DNA from: an uncultured bacterium
GTDB taxonomy: Bacteria > Zixibacteria > MSB-5A5 > CAIYYT01
Assembly (NCBI GenBank): GCA_903930455.1
Contig: CAIYYT010000193.1
Location: forward strand, 7,762-71,761
Direction of reading: 5' to 3'
Length of the DNA stretch: 64,000 nt
The notes below the pieces were generated by a model. That model did not search any database and was not told the origin of the DNA. It saw only the letters and a list, made by a program, of their open reading frames with translations. Made by a program: the position numbers and the translations under genes. Positions 19,578 through 29,452 of this stretch are shown here, one piece after another; position 1 is the first letter of the stretch; every line of letters starts with the position of its first letter.

Positions 19578-20768
19578 CTATCCGAGCGGTTTGTTCTTCA
19601 ATTCTTTTAGACCTGTTTCGAGGGTTCTCAAAACTTCTGAGCCTTCCTCCCGCTGCCTGCGTATGATCTCCTCTGCTACGACAATCCCGGCTGAAAATAT
19701 AACGGTGAGAAACAGGGCTGCCAATACAATCAGTCGCTTCTGCGGTTTCACCGCCATTTCTGCCGGTCGCGCGTAGTCCAACACCATCAGCGTCGGTGTA
19801 TCCCGTCGTTCCTGCAGCCGTGCCATCTCCAACTGCTGGGAAAGCAACTCGTACGTAAGCTCTTGAATCTTGAGATTGCGTTTCAAGACGGCGAATTGCA
19901 GGCTCAGATCGGGTACGCGAGACAAGGGTATATCCAGAGCCGACAAGGTCGAGTCGGCCACATTGGTGGCTCCATCTTCCATGCTTTTCAATTTGCTTCG
20001 AATTTCGCCAACTTCCATCTGCTTCTTGACTAGCTCAGGGTGATTCGGATAGAGCGTCTTCTTCAGGATCTCAAGCTGAATCTCGGAACTGGTGAGTTGC
20101 GCCTTTTGTTGCGCAAGGTTTGTGATGAGTGCTTCCGACTGCAACTCCAATGACACGGCACGATGGTTTTCCTGAAAATTCTTCATTACATTCTGTGCGA
20201 CGCCAAGAGCACTGTCGGTCTCTGCCAGCCGCTTCTCAAGGAAACTACTAAACTCCTTCCCCTTCTGATTTTGCAGGCGTCGGTTGAACTGGTCAAGCGT
20301 GCTGACCATCAAATTGGCGATGTCGGCCGCAAGCTGGCGATCCCTGGCGAATGCCTCCACCGTGATGATACCGTCGGAACCAACCTTGATCTTGACGTTG
20401 TCCTTCAGTTTCGTCAACGCCGCCCACTCGGTCTGGGATTTGTAAACGGACTGCAGCTTCAACGAATCAACCACTTGTTTCAGAACGGACTCTGATTCCA
20501 ACATGCTGGCATACAGATCCGAAGGTGTGGCCATGATCGGCAGCGCGAAATTGGTGACCGCTGCAGCAATGCTCCCTGCTGTGAGTCCCATCAGCCCGGC
20601 CAAAGGTGATTCGCTCTCCGGTGGCAGCACCGTTGCTTTGCCCGAAAACGTCTTGGGAAGCAGGAAGCTAATGATGACGGCGGCAGCCGTCACAATCAGC
20701 GTGTTGACTATGATAAATCGTCTTCGACTAACCAGAGTGCTTAAAAGATTCAGCGCCCACACAGACAT
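19578..20768 (-). CDS. polysaccharide chain-length determinant protein (Wzz/GumC-like)
   Basis: N-terminal TM then KTFSGKATVLPPE, a long coiled-coil periplasmic domain and a C-terminal TM. Confidence 0.7.
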   Translation of the reverse strand: MSVWALNLLSTLVSRRRFIIVNTLIVTAAAVIISFLLPKTFSGKATVLPPESESPLAGLMGLTAGSIAAAVTNFALPIMATPSDLYASMLESESVLKQVVDSLKLQSVYKSQTEWAALTKLKDNVKIKVGSDGIITVEAFARDRQLAADIANLMVSTLDQFNRRLQNQKGKEFSSFLEKRLAETDSALGVAQNVMKNFQENHRAVSLELQSEALITNLAQQKAQLTSSEIQLEILKKTLYPNHPELVKKQMEVGEIRSKLKSMEDGATNVADSTLSALDIPLSRVPDLSLQFAVLKRNLKIQELTYELLSQQLEMARLQERRDTPTLMVLDYARPAEMAVKPQKRLIVLAALFLTVIFSAGIVVAEEIIRRQREEGSEVLRTLETGLKELKNKPLG

Positions 20769-20907
20769 GTTCCTCCTGTCATTAGGATGGCATTATACTT
20801 CGGTCATCATGCGGTGTCAACTCAATTAGCAACGCCCGCGAATGTTCACATTTCGGAGACAGCTTCGCCACACGGCATGAAAGCGCTGTGGAAATGTCTT
20901 CCGAAAA

Positions 20908-22092
20908 CTACGGCAAGAGCTGTTGCATCCTCCTCATCAACTCCGCGGACATGTCTTCCCAGATGAAATGACTTGCGACCTCACGACCCACCTCGCGAGT
21001 ATGTGATTTCTCCGAGGACAGAAAATCTGCCAGAGTCTCCACCCACCACTGCGGCTCATTCGGGACTGTTCGCACTACTGCGATTGGGAAATGATTCAAC
21101 TCCCCAATAGGCGACGAAACGGAGCCGATGCCTGCAGCAGTGTTCTCATAAAACTTGAGCGGGTTGAGACAGTTAAAAAACGGATTGTTAAGATAGGATA
21201 GTATTCCAACATCAAATCCTTTGACTATCGCTGGAACCTCGTCATACTCGTATTCACCCGGAAAGCGGATGTTCGGATGGTCTTGCGTGATTCGCTCGTA
21301 ATCGATACCGCCAATTCTTCCCACAAACACAAAACTCCACTCTGGTCGCAGCCTTGCCATACCCTTAATCAACCCCCAATCCAGTCGCTCCGAAATGTTT
21401 CCTGCATATCCGATGCGCGGTCCCGGTATCTTGACGATGTCAGGATGCGGCTTGACCGCTTCGTCGCAGAATTTGTTGAAGGCGTCCCGGTCAAGCCCAT
21501 TGCCGAATGGAAGGGCACTTCGATAGTGTGGCGAATATCTGTCGAACAGCTTCCGTGAGGTCGTCAGCAACAGGTCAACCTTCGAGCGCCATTTCACTTC
21601 CAGAGCGTCAGCCCGGGGTCGCGGTCGTCCCCAGATATCATTCAGACTATCATATATCTCATAAACACAGAAGCTGTCGGGAAAAAGCCGGGTTACATAG
21701 CCTTGTTGCGGATCGTAGTACCAGACCAACGGCGCCTTTTCAGAAATTCCTAACCGTGCTGCCAGATACCGATAGCTGTGACGCAGAGCCGCCACATTAA
21801 GCCATTCCAGTGCTCCGGCATTTTGAGCGATCTGGTCATGGACGAAGTACTTCGGCGAAAACAGTCGGAGGTTTTCCCCAATGTCTTCAATTCTGGCCGC
21901 AGAGAACATCTCGCCAAATCGTTTCGGTTTCCTCACGAGTGTCGATAGGGGACATAGTGGCCTGCTAACTGCGACAACCGTCGAGCCATGTTCCCTGACC
22001 ACTTTAGCCAGAGCTTTGACCATCGGCCGCCGCGAGAAGATTGGCCAATCAACGGCCAGAAACACCAATATGATTTTGGGAAACGTTTTCAC
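20908..22092 (-). CDS. glycosyltransferase (GT1/GT4-like C-terminal domain)
   Basis: C-terminal Rossmann region ...IGYAGNISERLDW...FVFVGRIGG...FYENTAAGIG resembles GT-B nucleotide-sugar-binding domains. Confidence 0.5.
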   Translation of the reverse strand: MKTFPKIILVFLAVDWPIFSRRPMVKALAKVVREHGSTVVAVSRPLCPLSTLVRKPKRFGEMFSAARIEDIGENLRLFSPKYFVHDQIAQNAGALEWLNVAALRHSYRYLAARLGISEKAPLVWYYDPQQGYVTRLFPDSFCVYEIYDSLNDIWGRPRPRADALEVKWRSKVDLLLTTSRKLFDRYSPHYRSALPFGNGLDRDAFNKFCDEAVKPHPDIVKIPGPRIGYAGNISERLDWGLIKGMARLRPEWSFVFVGRIGGIDYERITQDHPNIRFPGEYEYDEVPAIVKGFDVGILSYLNNPFFNCLNPLKFYENTAAGIGSVSSPIGELNHFPIAVVRTVPNEPQWWVETLADFLSSEKSHTREVGREVASHFIWEDMSAELMRRMQQLLP

Positions 22093-22359
22093 ATCCTCGG
22101 CTTATCACGACTCCCGCAAGATTCCGGCTGCCGGAGAATTGACAGTTGCGGCAGCGTGGAATTGCACCGAGTCCGCTTAGAAACTACTGTTTGGGAAGCT
22201 AGCTGGCAAGAGGAATTAGGCACATCGGTTAGCGACACACGCGGACTTGAAGATCCGGAGTCGTTGATCCGGTTGAATAGCTTGGGGCACGCGCCCCTTC
22301 GCAGACCTGGCTGTGACTTGCGCGATTCCCAATGTCACGCCAACCCGTGCGAGAGGAGA

Positions 22360-23292
22360 TTAGTGAATTGAGGCAGTAGCTCTCTGCGTCTCCGAGCTTC
22401 TCGAAGCCGTTGTCAGTTCCGTGACTTTTTCCAGCAATTCTTCGACGTTCAGCTTCGTAATGTGAGCGCTGGCTTTCAAGAATTCGGCGCGTTTTTTCAT
22501 CCCAAGGTCGCCGATCGACGAGTATATGATGACCGGTAGATCACTTGTCTCTTCACGGTTGCGGATCGCACAAGTCAGCGCCAGTCCATCCATCTGCGGT
22601 GTCTCGACGTCGGAGATTACCAGATCGAACCGCTCTCCAGCTTCGATGTGTTTCAGCGCCTCCTGCCCATTCTTGGCCGCGACTACTTCAAATCCGTACT
22701 CCGTAAGCTCTACCGTCAGCATATCCCGCACCGATTGCGAGTCCTCCGAAACCAATATTCGCTTGCCGGTTGTCGCGTGGCTCAGGTCTTTCATCTTGTC
22801 GAGTTCTCTGGATCGTAGACTGGGGCTGAGACCCAGGATAATCGTCTCATAGTCCAGAAGCTGGATCATGCGCGTCTCACTTGGTTTCACGATCCCGATC
22901 ACATACTTGTGATCAAAGGCGGTTAGCACAGCGTCGGCGTCAATGACGTCCTCCCAGTGGAAATGATGTATCCAGTCGATGTGGTCGACGAAGAACGCGT
23001 TGAGCATGCCGAAGAACTCGGTGATGATCACCTTCTTGTGTCCCGATCCTTCGACATCAGGTAGTCCAAGAAACGCCATCAGGTCGATTATGGGTACGAC
23101 ATTTTCGCGGTCACGGAACACCCCCACAACGTAATCCGGCGAGTTGGGTGTGCCGGTCAGGAGCGGCAAGTCGTTAACGATGCGTTTGACTTTAAGAATG
23201 TTGATCCCGAACGAACGTCCGCCCAGACGGTACTCCAGAATACGCACCTCGTTAGACCCTGACTTCAGATATGATTCGGCTTCGAGTCTCAT
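22360..23292 (-). CDS. cheV: CheV-like chemotaxis protein (CheW-like domain + receiver domain)
   Basis: N-terminal CheW-like region (ILEYRLGGRSFGINILKV). C-terminal REC (ILVSEDSQSVRDM...DLVISDVETPQMDG). Confidence 0.7.
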   Translation of the reverse strand: MRLEAESYLKSGSNEVRILEYRLGGRSFGINILKVKRIVNDLPLLTGTPNSPDYVVGVFRDRENVVPIIDLMAFLGLPDVEGSGHKKVIITEFFGMLNAFFVDHIDWIHHFHWEDVIDADAVLTAFDHKYVIGIVKPSETRMIQLLDYETIILGLSPSLRSRELDKMKDLSHATTGKRILVSEDSQSVRDMLTVELTEYGFEVVAAKNGQEALKHIEAGERFDLVISDVETPQMDGLALTCAIRNREETSDLPVIIYSSIGDLGMKKRAEFLKASAHITKLNVEELLEKVTELTTASRSSETQRATASIH

Positions 23293-23924
23293 ATATCTTT
23301 TCCTCCCCTGACGACCGACACAGAGAAACAGGTTTCTCCAGATTCAGTCTGATATGCCTTGATCTCTCCGTGCATTGCGGTCACCGCCAATTTACAGAAA
23401 TACAAACCCAACCCGGCGCCGCGGTGCCCAACATTTTTGGGGTTGTGTATTTGCCTGAATTTATCGAATAGCTCGCTTGCATTAATGTCGCCGATTCCTT
23501 CGCCACCGTTGGTGACGTTGATCGCAACCATGTCCCGATGCTCAGAGACTGTCAATCGTATGCTGCCACCGCTGTCGCTGTGCCGGATTGCATTAAACAG
23601 CAGATTGTCAACAACGCGAGCCAACAATCCACGGTCGGCTCTGACACTCAGTTGACAATCGTAATCGTTCACCGCGACCGTCACGTCCTGTTCGGAGGCG
23701 GCGATTCGCACCAAATCCACGCACTCGTCAATCACTTCGCTCACCGGGAAATCTTTCCAGTCAACTCTCTGTAAACCTTGCTCCAACCGACTAACCTTGA
23801 GCAGGTCACTGACGATCAACCGCACTCGGTTCATCGCCGTATGTGTTGATCGCAGTAGTTGCGCGTGCAGTTCGCGGTTCAGGTCAAAACGCCGCTGATC
23901 CAGAAGGCGAAGCAGTGTTTGCAT
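23289..23924 (-). CDS. histidine kinase core (HATPase_c); the H-box lies upstream of the first ATG, so the true start is uncertain (the frame is open to 24104)
   Basis: HATPase motifs (NLLFNAIRHS, GGEGIGD, GAGLGL). The in-frame upstream translation reads ...LVLYLIHDLEGPLAAMQTLL, which is the phospho-acceptor H-box. Stop overlaps the cheV start. Confidence 0.6.
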   Translation of the reverse strand: MQTLLRLLDQRRFDLNRELHAQLLRSTHTAMNRVRLIVSDLLKVSRLEQGLQRVDWKDFPVSEVIDECVDLVRIAASEQDVTVAVNDYDCQLSVRADRGLLARVVDNLLFNAIRHSDSGGSIRLTVSEHRDMVAINVTNGGEGIGDINASELFDKFRQIHNPKNVGHRGAGLGLYFCKLAVTAMHGEIKAYQTESGETCFSVSVVRGGKDI

Positions 23925-24422
23925 AGCCGCCAGTGGTCCCTCTAAATCATGAATCAGATATAGAACCAGGCTCTCATAGTCCTCGCCTGTGGTCTTGCTC
24001 TGCAGCTCCGACTGCCCCGATTTTACGAGAGTGTTGTCGATTGCTATTTCCTTTCCCTCTTGTACCTTATGTCGAAGTGTCTGTAGCGACTCAAACCGAG
24101 ACGTTCAATTGATGTATCGGAAGAACCTTCGACTCCCGTCACTTTTTCAGCCAATCAGACTGTCCGACCTCAATTCTCCTCCATTGTCATGAACGTTTCA
24201 TCATGAACCCGATAGAACCAACAGCCGTATTCTCTGTCGATATCGCCTCTTTCGCTCGGTTCTTCCCCGTCGGAAGCCACCTACGGTCACAATTTTGCGT
24301 CTTCCTAACAGCTTTCTATTTGCTTATTTACAAAGTTAGTGGTTTTGTTTGTGGTAACCGTTTCGTATCTTTACGATAGAAAGCGGTTTAATTGCTCAGG
24401 AAGTACGGAAATTGGAGGTTTG

Positions 24423-24758
24423 ATGAAGGTCAATATCACGGAACAAAACGGCGTTGCGATTATTGCCATCCAAGGCAAGATGATGGGCGGCCCCGATACG
24501 GGTGAATTGGATGAAAAACTCTATTCCCTTCTTGGCAAGGGTACCAAAATGGCCATCGTCAATCTGGCCGGTTGCGAATGGATCAATTCCTCCGGACTGT
24601 CAATCCTCATTCATCACTATAAGAAGTTTCGCGATGCCGGTGGCGAGCTGAAGCTGGCAAATCTGACCGACAAGATTGAACGGATTATGGTTATTTCCCG
24701 TCTTACCGAAGTGTTCAAAGTATATGATTCGGTGGATGCGGCGCTGAAGGACAACTAG
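24423..24758 (+). CDS. STAS-domain anti-sigma-factor antagonist (SpoIIAA-like)
   Basis: MKVNITEQNGVAIIAIQGKM...LAGCEWINSSGLSILI is a typical STAS fold signature. Start taken at internal ATG; ORF opens at 24339. Confidence 0.7.
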   Translation: MKVNITEQNGVAIIAIQGKMMGGPDTGELDEKLYSLLGKGTKMAIVNLAGCEWINSSGLSILIHHYKKFRDAGGELKLANLTDKIERIMVISRLTEVFKVYDSVDAALKDN

Positions 24759-24793
24759 CAACAGAGTGGGGCTATCTCGAGGGGTATTTGCGC

Positions 24794-27169
24794 ATGTCTA
24801 TCATTACCTGCAAGGGTCAAACCGGCGCCCGATCGACATCCGATCTCTGGTGCCGGTGGGGAGCTAAGCGTTCTCTTGTATCACTGATCACGGTCTGGTT
24901 GCTCTTGACCACATCCGGATTTGCCTACAAGTACGACCTTTTCGCACTTGCCGACTCCATCAAGAATACTCAGGTTGATTTGTCCCGGCAGGCTGATGTC
25001 AAGAGCCTGATTATCGAGCGAGGCGGCGCTCGCTTCGTCCTCGGATCGGGCACGCTTACCCTGACTCGCCCGATCTGCGGTCGGGTGATTGCGGCAGTTT
25101 TTGTAGGCAAAGGGCAGTTCACTCTGGTGCCTCCCAACTCCGCTGAGAGGTTTATGTTCTCCAAACTCTGTAAGGACTCGACGGCAGCCTGGGACTTCAA
25201 AGAGTTGGTTTTCTTTGCAACTGACAGTCTTTTGGAAAACCTCGAGCGGCAGTATACTTTCGGCGATCTCAAACAGGTCGGCTCACAGCAAGACCTACTC
25301 AACGACTTTGGTGAATACATTGAAAGTGAGTTTGAGGAGACCTTCTCTGCGCGAATTCTGCCTGAGTTGTTGCAGAACCGTTCGGCCGGGAGCTTCCGCG
25401 CACGCTTCAAAGCTCCTTGTGGCAATCTGATTTTCACCTACGACCCCAAGGAAGTTGAGGAAGTCAGTCTCTATAAACACACACAGACTTCCAATGACGC
25501 CTTCCCCGAACTGATCTCGAGTTTCCATTCGCCCGAGCAGTATCAGCAGTCACATTGGGGTCCTGACCATGAGAACAAGGACGCAATTGACAGCTTGGAA
25601 TACGACATCAACGGCAAAATCTGGCAGTCGGCCAAAACCGATCTTCAGATCAAGCTGTCGTTTCTGCCTAATCAGGATGATTTGCAGTCCCTTCGCTTCA
25701 AGATCTTCCCTGACCTGATGCTGGAAAGCATTCGCATTACTGACGGGAATGGCGACTCGCTATTTTGGCAGAAAATCAAGAAGGAAGATGGCATTACTGT
25801 CTACTTCCCGCAACCGCTGGCCAAAGGCGTTCGGCATTCGATCCAGTTTGAGTATAGTTCCAAGGGGATGCTCGCCAAGACACCCTGGGGCAATAACGTC
25901 CTGGTTAGTTCTACAAGTTGGTATCCAAACTACGGCTATATGAAGCGCTGCAAGTTTAAACTTACTTATGCCTGTCCCGAGCAATACACCTTCCTATCGG
26001 TAGGGAAGAAGCTTTCCGAAAAGACCGAGGACGGTTTCAAGATTACTTCGTGGGATATCTCCGACTATCCCGTCGCCATGATTTCGTATAACTACGGTGA
26101 CTTCAGTTGTGACACAGCTAGTGCAGGCGATGGCATTCCGATTGAGGTGTACCGCAGCAAAGCTCATCTGGCTGGCTCGTCCGGCATGCTGGAAAATGTT
26201 TTGCTTGATATTCAAGCTTCGACGTCTCTCTTTTCATTGGAATTGGCGCCTTATCCTTTTCCCCGTCTGCTGGTAACCGAGATTCCGTCAGGACACGGCC
26301 AGGGGATGCCGGGATTTCTTCATTTGGCCTGGAGCACTTTCGAGTCGCAGTTGACTCCGTATGACGATGCCTTCCGCGCTCACGAAGTTGCCCATCAGTG
26401 GTGGGGACATCTGGTCGGATGGCAAAGCTACCATGACCAATGGCTCTCCGAGGGTTTTGCCGAATACATGGGCGCGTGGTATGTCCAGCGCAAGTACCTG
26501 AACAACGAGCAGTATCGAGGCAAGTTCTTCGAGTTGATGGATAGATGGCGCGAAGATATACTCCAGTCCGGCGGCTCTGATATCTGGGGCAATTCCACGG
26601 CTTATCAGGAAGGCAACGGCGCGGGCCCTATTTGGATGGGTGTGCGATTGGCCAGTTCCAAGTCGGCCGACTATACGACACTTGTTTATAGCAAGGGGGC
26701 GTATGTCCTCTATATGTTGCGGATGATGATGTTTGATTTCAATAAGAAAGACGATTCCCAGTTTAACGCGATGCTCAAGGATTTCCTCGAGCAGTACAGT
26801 TGGAAAGAAGCTTCGACGCGCGATTTCGTTAGCGTCGCCGAAAAACACTACGGTAGCAAGCTTGACTGGTTTTTTGACGAGTGGATTTACGGCAACCAGG
26901 TTCCGATTTACCGGTGGTCAGCAACAACCACGCAGGAGCCTGATGGCCGCTATGTCGTTAACGTTGACGTTCAAACCGACAACGTCTCGCCAACCTTTCG
27001 GATGTTGGTGCCATTTACGGTTCTCATGGAAGGCGACTATCACTCGACCGTCCGTCTAGACATCGATGCCACAAAGAAGCGTATTACGCTGCCGAAGGTC
27101 CCTTACAAGCCGGTTAAATTCATATTCAATCCATACAAATCCGTGCTCTGTAAGGACATCAAACTATAG
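24794..27169 (+). CDS. secreted M1-family zinc aminopeptidase-like protein
   Basis: HEVAHQWWGH...(18)...EGFAEY matches the HEXXH-X18-E gluzincin motif. N-terminal hydrophobic segment. ORF opens at 24788. Confidence 0.8.
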   Translation: MSIITCKGQTGARSTSDLWCRWGAKRSLVSLITVWLLLTTSGFAYKYDLFALADSIKNTQVDLSRQADVKSLIIERGGARFVLGSGTLTLTRPICGRVIAAVFVGKGQFTLVPPNSAERFMFSKLCKDSTAAWDFKELVFFATDSLLENLERQYTFGDLKQVGSQQDLLNDFGEYIESEFEETFSARILPELLQNRSAGSFRARFKAPCGNLIFTYDPKEVEEVSLYKHTQTSNDAFPELISSFHSPEQYQQSHWGPDHENKDAIDSLEYDINGKIWQSAKTDLQIKLSFLPNQDDLQSLRFKIFPDLMLESIRITDGNGDSLFWQKIKKEDGITVYFPQPLAKGVRHSIQFEYSSKGMLAKTPWGNNVLVSSTSWYPNYGYMKRCKFKLTYACPEQYTFLSVGKKLSEKTEDGFKITSWDISDYPVAMISYNYGDFSCDTASAGDGIPIEVYRSKAHLAGSSGMLENVLLDIQASTSLFSLELAPYPFPRLLVTEIPSGHGQGMPGFLHLAWSTFESQLTPYDDAFRAHEVAHQWWGHLVGWQSYHDQWLSEGFAEYMGAWYVQRKYLNNEQYRGKFFELMDRWREDILQSGGSDIWGNSTAYQEGNGAGPIWMGVRLASSKSADYTTLVYSKGAYVLYMLRMMMFDFNKKDDSQFNAMLKDFLEQYSWKEASTRDFVSVAEKHYGSKLDWFFDEWIYGNQVPIYRWSATTTQEPDGRYVVNVDVQTDNVSPTFRMLVPFTVLMEGDYHSTVRLDIDATKKRITLPKVPYKPVKFIFNPYKSVLCKDIKL

Positions 27170-27323
27170 CTTTGCGGCGTTCCATTTGGTTTGGCTTCAG
27201 TCACTCAAACGAAGATCGCAGTCTCGGCTCTGATAGGCGAGACTGACGGCTCTTCACTTTTCTGTAACTCTTTTTCGACGTCCGTCGTATACTATCTCAA
27301 TTGATATCCGTACCATCCATAAC

Positions 27324-28067
27324 GTGGGAATTGCAATGATCGAAGCAAGAGAACTATGTAAAAACTTCAAAGACAAAAAACGGGGTGTGGTCAAAGCGGT
27401 GGACCACGTTTCGTTCAGCTGCAAAGCGGGCGAAGTTTATGGCCTGCTTGGCCCCAACGGCGCCGGCAAGACCACGACCCTGCGCATTCTGTCTACTGCC
27501 CTGAAACCGACGTCCGGCACGGCGATAATCAACGGAACTGATGTCACCGTCGATCCCCAGAAAGTACGCTCGCAAATCGGCTTTCTCTCCGGCAATACCG
27601 GCCTATATGGTCGTCTAACGGCCCGGGAAATGGTGACCTACTTCGGCAACCTCTATGGTATGGAAAAACAAGCCATCCGTCGCCGCTCCGATGAGCTGTT
27701 TGCATTGCTCGACATGAAAGATTTCGCCGATTCCCGCAACGAGAAGCTCTCCACCGGTATGAAACAGAAAGTCTCGATTGTCCGTTCGGTGCTGCACGAT
27801 CCGCCGGTCATGGTTTTTGATGAACCGACCAACGGTTTGGATGTCATGAGCTCCCGCACCATCGTCGACTTCATCAAACACTGCCGCGATTCGGGCAAGT
27901 GCGTGATCTTCTCGACGCACATTATGTCGGAAGCCATGCGTTTATGTGACCGAGTGGCGATTATACATAATGGCCGTATCTATCGTGAGGGCACGGTCAA
28001 CGACCTCTTGCAGGCGACCGGCCAGAACAACCTTGAAGATGCCTTCATCAAGATCGTGGGAGAGTGA
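27324..28067 (+). CDS. ABC transporter ATP-binding protein (ABC-2 exporter ATPase)
   Basis: Walker [10 protein letters not shown], signature LSTGMKQK, Walker [13 protein letters not shown]. Confidence 0.85.
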   Translation: MGIAMIEARELCKNFKDKKRGVVKAVDHVSFSCKAGEVYGLLGPNGAGKTTTLRILSTALKPTSGTAIINGTDVTVDPQKVRSQIGFLSGNTGLYGRLTAREMVTYFGNLYGMEKQAIRRRSDELFALLDMKDFADSRNEKLSTGMKQKVSIVRSVLHDPPVMVFDEPTNGLDVMSSRTIVDFIKHCRDSGKCVIFSTHIMSEAMRLCDRVAIIHNGRIYREGTVNDLLQATGQNNLEDAFIKIVGE

Positions 28068-28070
28068 ATC

Positions 28071-29291
28071 ATGCAACTTAGAAATATCGGAACTATCTTC
28101 CGTAAAGAGGTCAAGGACACAATCCGCGATCGTCGCACGATGATCTTTGCATTCGTCATGCCGATCATGGCAATGCCGCTGCTGATGACGGTGATTTTCA
28201 AGATCCAGATGGGTGCAGTACAAAAGATCGAGCACGCGCGCTCCGATATTGTAATCCAGAATATCGCCGAGCTCCCGAAGGATCTACATGACTCGCTGAT
28301 GGCAGATACATCACTATTCCAGGTCAAGACCGAGGCGGATTATCCTGGCAAGAACTTGTTGGATGAACTCAAGCAAAAGGCCTTTCAGTTGCTCGTGATT
28401 GTGCCTAACAATTTCACGAAAGCCATCGAACTGGAGTCTCCGACTGGTATAGAAGTATATTATGATCGCGGAGAGGAGCTTTCATCGGCTGCCTACGGCA
28501 AGCTAGATAGCGTCATGACTTGCTACCGTGATCGCGTTGTTGAGTCCCGCGTGGTGAAACGTCAGATTTCCAAAGATGTCCTCAGACCGTTCGACATTCA
28601 AGGCAATAACGTCGCTTCGGCCCAAAAAGTGGCCGGGAAGCTGTTCGGCGGAATCATACCGTACTTCCTGATTCTCACTTGCTTCCTCGGTGCCATGTCC
28701 CCCGCTATCGACCTTGGGGCAGGGGAGAAAGAACGCGGCACGATCGAGACGCTTATGGTTGCCCCCGCAACTCGTGGCGAATTTGTGCTTGGCAAGTATT
28801 TTGTCATCATGCTGACCGGCATCATGGCTGGTTTGATGTCGCTCGCATCCATGACCATCTTTTTCAGATATATGGCCAGCGATCCAACGATGAAACAAAT
28901 GGCAGAAATGCTAGCCATCCAGTTCGATATGCGGACCCTGTTTCTCATTCTGGCTGTTGTAATCCCCGTTGCGGGCATCTTTGCGGCGATACTCCTCTCG
29001 ATATCGATCTTCGCCAAATCCGCCAAAGAGGCACAGGGCTACGTCGGCTTCCTCAATTTTGTTCTGGTATTGCCTGCTTTTGCGGCGCTGGTTCCCGGCG
29101 TGGAACTGAACTACCAGATTGCCTTGATTCCGATTGTCAATATTTCGCTGATCATCAAGTACGCCATCGCCGGCACCATAGAATGGAAGTATGTGATCAC
29201 TGCCTTCGTGTCGCTATTCGCTCTTGCAGCGCTAGCGCTATATTTCGCCAAACGTTGGTTCGAGCGCGAGGAAGTACTATTTAGAATGTAA
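28071..29291 (+). CDS. ABC-2 family transporter permease
   Basis: Six-TM permease immediately downstream (4-nt gap) of the ATPase. NatB-like topology with a large first extracytoplasmic loop. Confidence 0.7.
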   Translation: MQLRNIGTIFRKEVKDTIRDRRTMIFAFVMPIMAMPLLMTVIFKIQMGAVQKIEHARSDIVIQNIAELPKDLHDSLMADTSLFQVKTEADYPGKNLLDELKQKAFQLLVIVPNNFTKAIELESPTGIEVYYDRGEELSSAAYGKLDSVMTCYRDRVVESRVVKRQISKDVLRPFDIQGNNVASAQKVAGKLFGGIIPYFLILTCFLGAMSPAIDLGAGEKERGTIETLMVAPATRGEFVLGKYFVIMLTGIMAGLMSLASMTIFFRYMASDPTMKQMAEMLAIQFDMRTLFLILAVVIPVAGIFAAILLSISIFAKSAKEAQGYVGFLNFVLVLPAFAALVPGVELNYQIALIPIVNISLIIKYAIAGTIEWKYVITAFVSLFALAALALYFAKRWFEREEVLFRM

Positions 29292-29452
29292 CGGCGTCTC
29301 TTGAGCGTTACGCGAAGCTATTTGGGGCGGACCTTGTGTCCACCCTTGCTTTTTTCGGCGCCTCGGATATAGTTTCCGATATTCCATCTACTTAGCCAAG
29401 GACACAATGGCCAGACTTGCTAATCAGGCCGACGTACGTATATTACTCTAGT

